Shown in pieces: positions 20,301-29,131 of a stretch of DNA of 54,695 nucleotides (within the stretch, counting starts at the first letter, position 1; every line of letters begins with the position of its first letter). The position numbers were made by a program, and so were the translations under genes. The stretch is from an uncultured virus (IMG/VR IMGVR_UViG_3300024268_000027). Taxonomy: Duplodnaviria; Heunggongvirae; Uroviricota; Caudoviricetes. The stretch lies in IMG/VR virus record IMGVR_UViG_3300024268_000027; one strand, 5' to 3'. The notes below the pieces were generated by a model. That model searched no databases, was not told the origin of the DNA, and worked only from the letters and a program-made list of their open reading frames with translations.

Positions 20301-21307
20301 TCCTGAGCAGCAGCTCCTTGTGTTTCAGGAGTCAGTACTGGTGTTACAACAGCAGCTTCAGGAGCATTTGCGGCTTTTTCTTTGTAGCCACCTGCGCCAT
20401 CAATGGAAGCTTTCAAAGTATCAATAGATGCAGTATATTCAGCGCTGGTTGCATCTCTTGCTGCTTTAAGATCATCAAGTTCTTTTGAAATAGTAGACTC
20501 AAGAGTTTTATCACCAAGGGCTTTTGCTGCTTCAAGATCGACTTGTTTAGCGGCAATCTTTGAGTCAATTTCAGCAACAGCCTCATCAGCTTGACTCTGT
20601 AGATCAGCAACCTCTTTCTGTTTAACAGCTAACTGTTGAGCTGCAGACAGTCTTTCAAAATCAACTTTCTTAACAATTTCAGCATACTTTGTTGCTTGTT
20701 CTTGATAAGAGGCACTGGATTCTTCAGCTGCTGCAATTTCTTTTTGAATCTTCTTTATTTCAAGAGTTATCTTTCTCTTTTCACCGCTACTTGTTGCAAC
20801 TTTATGCTGAGCTTGAAGCTCGGCAATTTCAGCTTCACGAACAGCTCTGAGCTTTTCAGCTTGAGTTTTCTGTGCTTCCGCAATAGTTGCTGCAGTTTTA
20901 GCACGCTCATGAACAGTTTGAGTTTGAAATGCTTTCATAGAACAAGCTACTGCGAATTCATGAGCTGCATATTCAGCATTCCGTTGTTCAACAATAAGCT
21001 CAAGCTGTTTCTTAGAAAGTTCCTCAGCAAGTCGCAACTTGATCTGATTCATAGCTTCAGCAAGACGCTCTTCATCCTTGATTATCTCTGACTGAAAAGC
21101 CATTTCAGCTGTTGCTCTTTCTCTAAGTAGAGCCATATCGGCTTGAATCTGTTTAGCTCTTGAAGACTTTTCTAACTCTTCTTTTTTCTTGAGGAATATT
21201 CGCTCATAGGCAAGTGCTTGAGCATGTTTCTGTTGAGTTTTCTGAGCTGATTTCGATGACTGTGTATTTTCATTTCCATCTTGTTTCGGAATTTCAACAT
21301 TAGCCAT
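17390..21307 (-). CDS. Tape measure protein
   Basis: 1305 aa, Ala/Gln/Glu/Lys-rich coiled coil; lies between tail chaperone genes and baseplate genes. Confidence 0.75.
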   Translation of the reverse strand: MANVEIPKQDGNENTQSSKSAQKTQQKHAQALAYERIFLKKKEELEKSSRAKQIQADMALLRERATAEMAFQSEIIKDEERLAEAMNQIKLRLAEELSKKQLELIVEQRNAEYAAHEFAVACSMKAFQTQTVHERAKTAATIAEAQKTQAEKLRAVREAEIAELQAQHKVATSSGEKRKITLEIKKIQKEIAAAEESSASYQEQATKYAEIVKKVDFERLSAAQQLAVKQKEVADLQSQADEAVAEIDSKIAAKQVDLEAAKALGDKTLESTISKELDDLKAARDATSAEYTASIDTLKASIDGAGGYKEKAANAPEAAVVTPVLTPETQGAAAQEHPLKNQVDTILNYLTDLVSVFKTYVDTIESKVTAAHSDVSTLPTAPTPPSVDTNQTTQPVVEHLRALVAQTTTDDATAQAELTARLDRLNELLNAGVTSPEDPTDPNELKDLISAISDFFDKDSKSKKSKKKGEDGDGKEEKEKKTLRTIARERFTGTGEKDAEGNVDGGKLQAAKEASHEATIDSYEEQYRLKRALTTKDGATEALVQGLQELSDTMADLTKSIDENINAYYKYQAEINARLQGTDEDYSSVLKTMTTNLGMSMIVSQKDFIEEFRKLVDAGISYNIESRTLLATITDKVISTFDVLSADLQRLIRLQQADTTAARMGIESSINKLLNSMYSDTSYLSSQGPHDSIESAILQASSMLSRDMSVEFEYIIHKWLGSMYSLGMSSSSLEKIAQGLNYLGTGNVTALNSDESLQTLLAMSASWGGVSYADILTQGLNAETTNKLLAGMLQYLMDIANNTDSSQVTKSAYTDIFGLEMADLRAIQNLTTQDVKELYSLTTTYNKSVQETQDQIDSIMSRTHFSTMVETLFDNALLGAALDIGGNPVTYGLWKTLNVVEGLTGGIALPFVNVFGSGFDLNTTVTGLLKGGMAGLALLGNLVTSLGGGGLDGALNLKSDWGLTSDAEFTSRGSAASFMTAGTASGFSSSARIDYNGSGSGTDMKRTAMSDSADSAQEDSEVTNKNVADAQELPEKIYEQTQLIWAALAEEDNTILKQSVMTYDLLYDRLNFSVFDSISDLLAPSRLFLTSAMGENGLTSNLININEDGQVLIQNYADQLNTASNVTSSVLQAVKSSSIDLSNVTVDMWSLIQEYQGNLNTLATDTSVWTNMYSDGFNSVVSSSQNANEQFVKTVISQITQQSIADPQKLADLKAMAEIQALTKVVFPEYVRATVDEFSPDVQKFLQQILKAAVEMSLTGSDGSNNVYDSDDVHPIVAQMADKLKMFFDPTNVVTTRQDTTLVLP

Positions 21308-21326
21308 ATGAACTCATACCTCCTTG

Positions 21327-21551
21327 TTAATTTTTCTGAGTTTGTTGTCTTGCGTTCTCATATAACTGTTTTTGACGCTCTAAGTCTTCAGTTATAAACT
21401 CAAGAATGTATTGTCTCTCTATAGGAGAGACTTTCTTTGCATCTTCATAAGATGTATTTGTATGTTTTGAAATCAGATACAAATCTCGAGCAATATCTTT
21501 GTATCGTTGTGGTCCGTAAGGAGATCCATCCTCAGTCAATTGAGGGTCCAA
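21327..21551 (-). CDS. Small tail-assembly chaperone partner (gp51/GT-like), possibly expressed by frameshift
   Basis: 74-aa ORF (YLISKHTNTSYEDAKKVSPIERQYIL) overlapping the upstream chaperone in the +1 frame; TTG start with no SD. Confidence 0.6.
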   Translation of the reverse strand: MDPQLTEDGSPYGPQRYKDIARDLYLISKHTNTSYEDAKKVSPIERQYILEFITEDLERQKQLYENARQQTQKN

Positions 21552-22287
21552 AGAATTCAGATGTGGTGCGAAAGTTACTACTGTAATCTAGTCCACACAC
21601 ATTGCAAACATGAACAAGTTTGCTATCCAATCCAAAGAAATTATTCAGCTTTTGAGCTGAGCGCAAGATATAGTTTGTATCCATCATTGGCAGTTTCTGA
21701 ATAAACGGAGCCAACTTGAATTGCTCGGGTTTGACACCATCAATAGTATCAATAAGAGACTCGATGGTAAATAAAAATGCAGGGTCTCCGACAAACTTGG
21801 GATTTCTACGGCGCTCTTCTTTAGCACGGAAAGAAATATCATCAAGTATCCGAGGCGTCTGCACTCTGAGTTTTATTACTTTACCTGTTGCGGGAAGAGT
21901 GAATTCAGTTGCTTTCTTGAAAGTATCTTCATCGAAAGGAATCAGAGGAAGATCTTCCAGATTCAGTACATCTCTGTTAACGGACGCACAATAGGGACAA
22001 TGTGACTCAAGTTTATAACTTGTTCCGTATGTAACAATTCTTAACTTATGCAACATATACTGATAATCGGCAATGCAAAGATCATATGCTGAAATACCAA
22101 TATCATCAACTAAACAATCATCAATGATTTCTGACATTGCTTTGTATTGTTTATCACTGTGATTCAGTCTTTTCATTTCTTCCGCAGTAGTCATTGACCG
22201 TAACTTAAAGTTCGGGTTTATCTCTTTGTTATACACCTTACCTTGACTCGGGAGTGTATATTCATGTGCAATTGTATAATCCACCAT
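21532..22287 (-). CDS. T4 gp26-like baseplate hub / tail assembly chaperone
   Basis: YTLPSQGKVY...LRSMTTAEE, CPYC and CNVC zinc pairs, C-terminal EFFGP. Confidence 0.75.
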   Translation of the reverse strand: MVDYTIAHEYTLPSQGKVYNKEINPNFKLRSMTTAEEMKRLNHSDKQYKAMSEIIDDCLVDDIGISAYDLCIADYQYMLHKLRIVTYGTSYKLESHCPYCASVNRDVLNLEDLPLIPFDEDTFKKATEFTLPATGKVIKLRVQTPRILDDISFRAKEERRRNPKFVGDPAFLFTIESLIDTIDGVKPEQFKLAPFIQKLPMMDTNYILRSAQKLNNFFGLDSKLVHVCNVCGLDYSSNFRTTSEFFGPSID

Positions 22288-22295
22288 TTATCAGC

Positions 22296-22395
22296 ATCTC
22301 CTTGAGTTATCTATACATAATATTATACAAGATGTATCGACTAAACTCAAGGAGATCGTTGTTGTAATTTATAACTTATACAACAACGATGCTCC
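22296..22395 (-). promoter_or_regulatory. Overlapping alternative hairpins around the RBS of the gp26-like gene, with TTGTATAAT in one loop
   Basis: ATCTCCTTGAGTT (22296-22308)/AACTCAAGGAGAT (22344-22356); ATCGTTGTTGTA (22355-22366)/TACAACAACGAT (22379-22390), extended by GGAG/CTCC. Confidence 0.7.
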
Positions 22396-22439
22396 AAGTT
22401 TATCGTGATTATACTGAACCAAGTTAACTATATAAGAAC

Positions 22440-23933
22440 TTAGTTATCTTCTGTTTCATCGTCAGAATCTTCCAGATCATCAAGTGAAATCTGATTTGGA
22501 TCTTCCCCTGGCTTGAATCTATATTCGTTGCCCTTCTTGAACTGATTCTTTGTTCGTGCATGAACATTAGCTCTATCGAGAGTATCAGTATCAGTTTCAA
22601 GCTCGTCGCTATGGAACCCATCAATTTCAATCTGCTCAGGCTCAGTATATGCAGTTTGATAGATTGCAGGATAAATTACTTTCTGATACAATCTTTCATA
22701 ATGTTTTTCCATGTAATTAACATAATTGAAGATTGTAGATGCAACCTTTAATAACCAACTTGTATTTGACAAGACAAGTAGTACATGTTTGCAACCTTCC
22801 CCTAAAGTATCATCTGGGTTAGTTATATTTGCGGGCCTTGTCTCAGGATCACCACTACTTGTTTTCTTCTTTGTTTGCCAATATGCAAATCTATACTGAG
22901 CATCAGGGCAAGAACAATGAATATAAACATCATCCCTGTTAAATCCGGTAATCAATGCTCTTGTTACAGCTTTCAAACAGAATTCTTGTTTCTCTAACTG
23001 GTCGTGAAGTAATTCAAGAAAACCTCCAAAACTAATCTTAACTGTGTATGTATCAGTTTCACCTTTAACTTGTACATCAACAGTTAAAATATCTTGTTTG
23101 AAGAGCTTATTCATATCAATACTGTTGTATTGTTTAACACTATTTGCAACTCTCGATTTAACACGACGCTTAAATCTTTGAAATCCTTTGTCGGTCCGCT
23201 TACTTTTTGCAAGAAGAGAGCTTCTGGAATCCTCATGTAACTGAAGCTTCTCCAATGTCAGCTCTCTTGATCGTGCAGATTTGTATGCATCCTTTGCAGC
23301 ATCTAACAAACCAACATTACGAATTTCTTTGAATACAAGGTTTCCTGTACTATACTCCCCTTCTGTGTCAAGAGAGACTTTACGTAACATATACAACTGA
23401 TCAATAACATTTGTAATGTTATCTGAGTTACCAGATTGAATTGCACTCTCAAATGTGTTTTTCCAAGCTTGAAAATCTTCTTCAAAATCAACTTGAGGAA
23501 TGTTCGTTAATCTTTTTGGAAACTTTATCCAAGAATCATTGTAGAGAGAGTATATACCGTTCGATACTGCAGATGATCTAATATCTTCAACATACAGCTC
23601 AATATCAACATCTCTAATCTTGATGTCATAATCCATATTGAACTTTGCTTTTACAGCATTGTATGCAGCTTGCAACAACTCTTTCGGTGCATCAATCAAC
23701 TCAAAATTTGAAATAATATGAACATCGAGATCCGAATACTTAGTGTAATTGTAAGATGCATTACTTCCAACAAGATGCACATCAACAATATTTAACGGGA
23801 GCTCACATGTTGAAATAAACTGTTCAATGATTTCAAGTACACGTAACTTTACGTCATCTCTCAACTTGTTATTTTCAGACCATAATTTTGGATTCAAAGT
23901 ATCATGAACTTCAAAATATTCTTTTAAGATCAT
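22440..23933 (-). CDS. Pol-beta-superfamily nucleotidyltransferase fused to a SWIM zinc-finger domain
   Basis: LVGSNASYNYTKYSDLDVHII (GS...DxD) and IELYVED; C-terminal half CSCPD...CKH. Confidence 0.8.
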   Translation of the reverse strand: MILKEYFEVHDTLNPKLWSENNKLRDDVKLRVLEIIEQFISTCELPLNIVDVHLVGSNASYNYTKYSDLDVHIISNFELIDAPKELLQAAYNAVKAKFNMDYDIKIRDVDIELYVEDIRSSAVSNGIYSLYNDSWIKFPKRLTNIPQVDFEEDFQAWKNTFESAIQSGNSDNITNVIDQLYMLRKVSLDTEGEYSTGNLVFKEIRNVGLLDAAKDAYKSARSRELTLEKLQLHEDSRSSLLAKSKRTDKGFQRFKRRVKSRVANSVKQYNSIDMNKLFKQDILTVDVQVKGETDTYTVKISFGGFLELLHDQLEKQEFCLKAVTRALITGFNRDDVYIHCSCPDAQYRFAYWQTKKKTSSGDPETRPANITNPDDTLGEGCKHVLLVLSNTSWLLKVASTIFNYVNYMEKHYERLYQKVIYPAIYQTAYTEPEQIEIDGFHSDELETDTDTLDRANVHARTKNQFKKGNEYRFKPGEDPNQISLDDLEDSDDETEDN

Positions 23934-23957
23934 GTTGTTATCCTCAGTGTGAATTAT

Positions 23958-23995
23958 AAAAATAAACAGGCAAGTATGTAATTATACTTGCCTGT
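23958..23995 (-). terminator. Intrinsic terminator after the tail tube gene
   Basis: 12-bp inverted repeat ACAGGCAAGTAT/ATACTTGCCTGT, then TTATTTTT on the minus strand; contains GTATAAT in its 5' arm/loop. Confidence 0.8.
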
Positions 23996-24011
23996 CATGT
24001 TAAGTATGAAT

Positions 24012-24623
24012 TTAATCAATGTCCGAAATGTCGATCCAGGCTTTATCATACTCGATTGTAGCTGTAATGGAATGCTTATCAGCAGAGTTATGATCATAAG
24101 CGCCTTCTGACAACTTACTAATCCAACAACCCATCAACTTCCATGTACGAACTAACTGATAATCGGGAGTGTACTCAAGAAGATAAGCATCTCTCTTGTA
24201 GTCAGAAGCAAGACCAACCTTCTCAGTTCTAACATCGTAAGACTGATTCTGCCAAGCAAGAAGAACATCTTTAGTACCGGCACCAATGAAGTCATTCAGC
24301 TCGATTTCACCAGCATCAAATGTTGGAGTTCCAGCGAACTTCATTGTGTTGTTTCCACGCTTAACCTCAATCGGATTTTGAGAGAAGTGAGGAACAGATG
24401 CTTTACTTACTGACACGCGGATAACATCATCTGCATTTGTTGCAGCATATGTGTTATTTGCAATGTTGAATGATCCAGAGAGTCCCTGAATGTAGAACAT
24501 AAAGTTGTTTGTTCTCTGAATTTCATAATGTTTAGGATTGTCGGTTAGGTAGTAAGTACCTAACTTATCGCCAGCAGTATGAAGAGTGCTTGCCTTTTCA
24601 GTGTTCTGAAGTAAAATAGACAT
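24012..24623 (-). CDS. Tail tube protein (T4 gp19-like)
   Basis: MKFAGTPTF...LLAWQ...YKRDAYLLEY...RTWKLMGCWIS...ITATIEYD; follows the sheath gene. Confidence 0.88.
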   Translation of the reverse strand: MSILLQNTEKASTLHTAGDKLGTYYLTDNPKHYEIQRTNNFMFYIQGLSGSFNIANNTYAATNADDVIRVSVSKASVPHFSQNPIEVKRGNNTMKFAGTPTFDAGEIELNDFIGAGTKDVLLAWQNQSYDVRTEKVGLASDYKRDAYLLEYTPDYQLVRTWKLMGCWISKLSEGAYDHNSADKHSITATIEYDKAWIDISDID

Positions 24624-24640
24624 TTTTGTTTCCTCCTCAA

Positions 24641-26380
24641 TTAGGATACCGCAACATCGTTATCAGAGACCACAACTGTAATCTCGAAATACTCGACAGC
24701 ATAGAGCGGGAAGATCTTGATAGTAGCAGACATCTCACCACGAGTGAGAGCATTGCCATTATACTTTGTTGTGTTCTTGATTAACTTGTAATCAGAAATA
24801 CCATGACCACTCTTTAACTGATCAAGCAGAGGACTTACACCTGACTTGAAGCTAAGCCATAATGTATCACTTTCCTGCTCAAACATCAAAGATTTTGCAG
24901 TATTATAAGACAACTTCTTAATGTCGCTAATCATGTTACGAGTGTTCAGGAAGTTTGTTGCAACAGTTCCTTTTGAAGCAACTCTCTTGAGAGTTCTATT
25001 GCCCCAGATTGTTAAACCATAAGGCTTAACGTTCGTAATAGCATTGATGGAGATAACATTCTTCTCTTCGATGTCACCATACTTAGGCTGATAATTCTCA
25101 GCAATAACATTTGAGAGAATCTTGTTTGTTCTCAAACTCTGAAGATTAGGAACAATGCCTCTGGACACACCAGCCATCGCTAACCAGTTAGGACTTGTCT
25201 TGATAGCTTTTGCTAAGCATAGCAAATAACCAAAGGAAGCAGGCATTGCTTGTAATGTTGCTGTCTCATCATCAACAGTAACACATGTATAATTGCCCCA
25301 AGGTGTAAACATTGCACCAAATTCTGTATTTGCTGCATTCCTGAAGTAATCGTTAACAAGCTTGTAGATGGAATCCTTTGCAGGAGTTGTACTTGTTTGA
25401 ACAACATGATCTAATCCAAGAGCAGCATCAGGATCGTCATAATGGTCAATCAGAGCAACCACATCATTTCTGTTAGCTGCACAATCAAGCATTTTAGCTG
25501 CATAAGGATATGTTGTTGCACCACTGTCATCAATAACAGGGTTAAAACTTGGATAACCACCGAGTGTGAGATACTTAACAGTATATTCGTTCTTGTCTTT
25601 CAGATTCTCAAATCTGTCACCAACGTTGTCGTAGAAGTATGCTAAACGAGAAGATACTGTAGGAACTTCTTGAGAAACATTAGTTCCTTCAACTAAGCTG
25701 ATGCTGAACAATCCAGAACCAGTAATCTCAAGATTTACAGTAAATGTTGCTGTTGTAGGATCTTGATCTTCCCAAGTAATTGTGTTACCACTGATTACAA
25801 AGTCACCTTCACCTTGGTATACTTCGACACCAGGAACACCATCAGCTTCGCTCAGTGCTACATCAATAGTGCTGTCACTATGTGCTTTGCAAAGAACTGA
25901 AACGCCACCATATTTTCTCATTCCATCAAGTGTAAATGTAACACTTGCTGTATAAGCATCCTCAGTTGCACTTTCTGCACGGAAAACATTCTTTGTTCCA
26001 CGAACTTTTGTGATAGGTCCTGAAAGTTTTGTGAAATCTGCTAAGTTAACAAGAGCAGAGTCATCAGGAGTGATGTTTTCGTAAAGAACAGTTAATCCTG
26101 CATTGATAAGCTCCTTAGCATAGATATAAGATCTATCGTAGTCGCCCTTCTTAACAGTGCACTTTGATACTTGTTCGTCAGCAGGGAACTTGTAAGGTTC
26201 AGAACCAAAGTATGCTTCGAACTCATCAATTGTTGAGCAAAGCAGAGGCTTATTCTGATATTCTGCAGGACAGAATTCACTTGCAAGACCAGGAACATAA
26301 ACAATATCGCTACTTACACCAGATCCTCTTGGGCGAGTTTGATCGTCTTCTTGAACAATGATTTTGATATTCTCAGCCAT
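24641..26380 (-). CDS. Tail sheath protein (gp18-like) with beta-rich insertion
   Basis: NWLAMAGVSRG, INAITNVKPYGLTIWGNRTL, FLNTRNM, LMFEQ sheath C-terminal motifs. Confidence 0.92.
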   Translation of the reverse strand: MAENIKIIVQEDDQTRPRGSGVSSDIVYVPGLASEFCPAEYQNKPLLCSTIDEFEAYFGSEPYKFPADEQVSKCTVKKGDYDRSYIYAKELINAGLTVLYENITPDDSALVNLADFTKLSGPITKVRGTKNVFRAESATEDAYTASVTFTLDGMRKYGGVSVLCKAHSDSTIDVALSEADGVPGVEVYQGEGDFVISGNTITWEDQDPTTATFTVNLEITGSGLFSISLVEGTNVSQEVPTVSSRLAYFYDNVGDRFENLKDKNEYTVKYLTLGGYPSFNPVIDDSGATTYPYAAKMLDCAANRNDVVALIDHYDDPDAALGLDHVVQTSTTPAKDSIYKLVNDYFRNAANTEFGAMFTPWGNYTCVTVDDETATLQAMPASFGYLLCLAKAIKTSPNWLAMAGVSRGIVPNLQSLRTNKILSNVIAENYQPKYGDIEEKNVISINAITNVKPYGLTIWGNRTLKRVASKGTVATNFLNTRNMISDIKKLSYNTAKSLMFEQESDTLWLSFKSGVSPLLDQLKSGHGISDYKLIKNTTKYNGNALTRGEMSATIKIFPLYAVEYFEITVVVSDNDVAVS

Positions 26381-26429
26381 GTATCAAAACTCCTATGTTA
26401 ATTAGTAAGTATATCTCAATATTATCAGT

Positions 26430-27041
26430 TTATACCGACCCCTCTTTATCGATGACTGTATCGACAGAGGAGATTGATATGTTATCTTTTATTCTCACAT
26501 CAAACAGATAAGCATCGTCAATATCGATTCCAATAGTGAATCTTGTAAACTGACCAGGAATCAATCTTTCAGGAATATCTGAATTATCTTCTACATCAGT
26601 TGTTAGTCTGATGTTTGCGTCATGTTGTAAACCAGAATCCTCATAAGGGATTTCAATTGACAACTTAGGATAATTTATAATATTAAATACAATATTTCGT
26701 GCATATTCGTCTGCTTCAGCTAAATATCTACAATAAATATCAAGCTGATATGATATACCGATTGGAATTGCATTTAACTTGGCTCCAGAATCCGTCAATC
26801 GAATCATTGTAGAGCCACTGTAGCTTTTAGGTTGCTTGTATTTTTCTTGAATTGTATAACCACCGGATCTACTTAGTGCAATCAACGGTAGCTTAATTGG
26901 TTTGTCGTTAGTTTTATCTGCAACAACTTCAAATAAGCGGCGAGTTTCGTTTACTCCAGTTAACTGTACCTGAGTATCAGCAGTCCATTTTTTCAATTTT
27001 GCAAGTAATGCATCATCATAAAACCTGACTGCCATAATCAC
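26430..27041 (-). CDS. Tail terminator / sheath stabiliser (gp15-like)
   Basis: IKLPLIALSR...AIPIGISYQLDIY; position just before the sheath gene. Confidence 0.65.
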   Translation of the reverse strand: MIMAVRFYDDALLAKLKKWTADTQVQLTGVNETRRLFEVVADKTNDKPIKLPLIALSRSGGYTIQEKYKQPKSYSGSTMIRLTDSGAKLNAIPIGISYQLDIYCRYLAEADEYARNIVFNIINYPKLSIEIPYEDSGLQHDANIRLTTDVEDNSDIPERLIPGQFTRFTIGIDIDDAYLFDVRIKDNISISSVDTVIDKEGSV

Positions 27042-27463
27042 TCAATCCCTTCTTGGTACAACTCAATATAGTAATCTATGTTATCAACAAAATGTTGTAA
27101 ATTGTTGATAAATAACGGATAACCAGCAAGCGAACTGTTACCGTATGTTATTAACCGAAAAAATACTTCAAGCTTAACTCTATCGAGTCCTGGAACTAGC
27201 TGATTCTTATCAAGATATATTACTATCTTATCAGGAAGTTTCTTAACTCGTAAAAATCTTATACCATAACGAAGTGTTCTTTCTACATCCAGAGTATTAG
27301 ACAAAAGAATAAATTTATCGGTAGTGTTGAAAAATTGTTGCCATCTTTGCAATTTTCTTGAATCCAAAAGTGCAAGAAACCTAGAAATTATTCTTGATCT
27401 TAACCATAAACCAAAAGATTTTTCAAGCTCATTGTTAGGATCAAGTATTTCGAGTTGCATCAA
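27038..27463 (-). CDS. Hypothetical neck-region protein
   Basis: 141-aa ORF coupled by ATGA overlaps on both sides. Confidence 0.6.
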   Translation of the reverse strand: MMQLEILDPNNELEKSFGLWLRSRIISRFLALLDSRKLQRWQQFFNTTDKFILLSNTLDVERTLRYGIRFLRVKKLPDKIVIYLDKNQLVPGLDRVKLEVFFRLITYGNSSLAGYPLFINNLQHFVDNIDYYIELYQEGIE

Positions 27464-27954
27464 TCTTCCTCACGGTTCAACAGATTAAAACTATTTGTCT
27501 TGTGTACATACGTGTTAGGAGTAAATGTATCTTCGTATTCAGGAACTAACTTACATGTTAAAGAACAAGGATATATCATGATTCCTGTTATTTCAGTAAC
27601 TCGAAACACTCTTCCCACGGTTCTGTCAAACGCACTGGGAACAATGAACAAGGAGCCCTGTTGGATTCCTTTCAAGTCATACGGAACAGAAATAATAGAT
27701 GCAACTTCAGACAATTCTGAATTCCAACCAAGTTTCTTCATTGTTCTTTGATTAGGATGCTCTTCAAATATGCATCCTACTGCTTCAGGCTCAAAGTAAT
27801 TTGAGTCTATCTCACTGTAAGTTGTATAAGATTTGCCAGGACGAGGTGCACGATGAATAACTTTGACGCCAACCATCGTGCACATTTCTTCGAAATATTT
27901 TCTTTGTAACTTTATATCACGCTCATTGAGGAGCAATCCATAATTTTGATTCAT
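27460..27954 (-). CDS. Neck / head-closure protein (gp14-like)
   Basis: FEEMCTMVGVKVIHRAP...MKKLGW; position in neck cluster. Confidence 0.55.
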   Translation of the reverse strand: MNQNYGLLLNERDIKLQRKYFEEMCTMVGVKVIHRAPRPGKSYTTYSEIDSNYFEPEAVGCIFEEHPNQRTMKKLGWNSELSEVASIISVPYDLKGIQQGSLFIVPSAFDRTVGRVFRVTEITGIMIYPCSLTCKLVPEYEDTFTPNTYVHKTNSFNLLNREED

Positions 27955-27976
27955 TATAGAACTCCTTCATGATAGA

Positions 27977-29119
27977 TTAGATAGGCTCAGCTGACTCGAC
28001 GTTTTTAAGTCCGTCTGTTACTTCTTTCAGATACTCACGAACACGTTTACCAGTCCACTGAAATGCACTCCTGATTCTGCGATCCTTCTGAGCATCATCT
28101 ATGTCATCAGCTGTCACAAGCTCATTAACAGCCTCTTCCAGTTGACGATACGAATCGATTGCTCTTGAAAAATCAGAAACAATTCTTTGAATATTTCCAA
28201 AGATATTTCTTTCCCAAGAACTCTTAACTCTCACTTTCATAGAATCAGCAGCCGTATACTTGGTCATAGCTGAAATAAGACGAGTTCTTGCAGCTTCAAT
28301 CTTGTTGTAAAGCATCTCCAGACGAACAGCATAGTCATCCAAACCAACTTCGTCAAGCATTCTGCCATACTTATCGGGGTCAAGAGGATAGCCTGATTTA
28401 TCATAGCCCTTCTTTGTTACCCACTCAATATCCCAGCTAATGGGATTATCATAATCAGTACGACCGTTCTCTTTCTTGCCGTATTCAACATTTCTTCTTA
28501 CAGGCTGTTGAGCTGCATCAAGATTGCGATCAATCATACCCTTCTTTGCAGTATAACGTGCATTTCTAACAGCAATATTACTATTTCGTGAGTCATTCAG
28601 ATCAATATAACCGTATTCAGTGGTTAACTCAAGAAGCTTTTTCTTAGAAATTGCACTTGCACGATATCTTGTCCAACGGTTTAACTCGTCAGGATAAACA
28701 TCAGGATCGGTAATTCCAGGAATGTAAACAACTTGATAAGGGCTTCCAATACGCTCATACATACGGAAAACAGACAACTTAGTTAAATCTTTGAATGCAG
28801 GATCTCTTGCATTCTTTGGAAGCTGCCCTGAAATATAAGTTGCATGTGCAAGATCTAAGCCCTTCCTTGTTAAATTGTCTCTAACAGTTCTATTATCTTT
28901 GAAGAACTTTTTCAACCATTCAGGAAAAGTTCCGAAATCCTCATTCAGAGTAGCTTCCTCTGCTTCAATTCCATAAACGTTACTAAATGCTTCATCAAAC
29001 ATGTCTTCAGTCGATCTAGTTGAAACACATTCTTCTTGTGTAACAACCTCATCTTCAAATCGTCTATCAAAAGACTCAGTTAATCTTTTCTTGTAGGTAT
29101 CGAAGATATCATATGCCAT
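27977..29119 (-). CDS. Hypothetical protein, probable internal head protein
   Basis: Acidic N-terminal segment with LTE/S, FDE/A and LNE/D motifs followed by a basic domain. Confidence 0.55.
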   Translation of the reverse strand: MAYDIFDTYKKRLTESFDRRFEDEVVTQEECVSTRSTEDMFDEAFSNVYGIEAEEATLNEDFGTFPEWLKKFFKDNRTVRDNLTRKGLDLAHATYISGQLPKNARDPAFKDLTKLSVFRMYERIGSPYQVVYIPGITDPDVYPDELNRWTRYRASAISKKKLLELTTEYGYIDLNDSRNSNIAVRNARYTAKKGMIDRNLDAAQQPVRRNVEYGKKENGRTDYDNPISWDIEWVTKKGYDKSGYPLDPDKYGRMLDEVGLDDYAVRLEMLYNKIEAARTRLISAMTKYTAADSMKVRVKSSWERNIFGNIQRIVSDFSRAIDSYRQLEEAVNELVTADDIDDAQKDRRIRSAFQWTGKRVREYLKEVTDGLKNVESAEPI

Positions 29120-29131
29120 GTTATCAGTACC

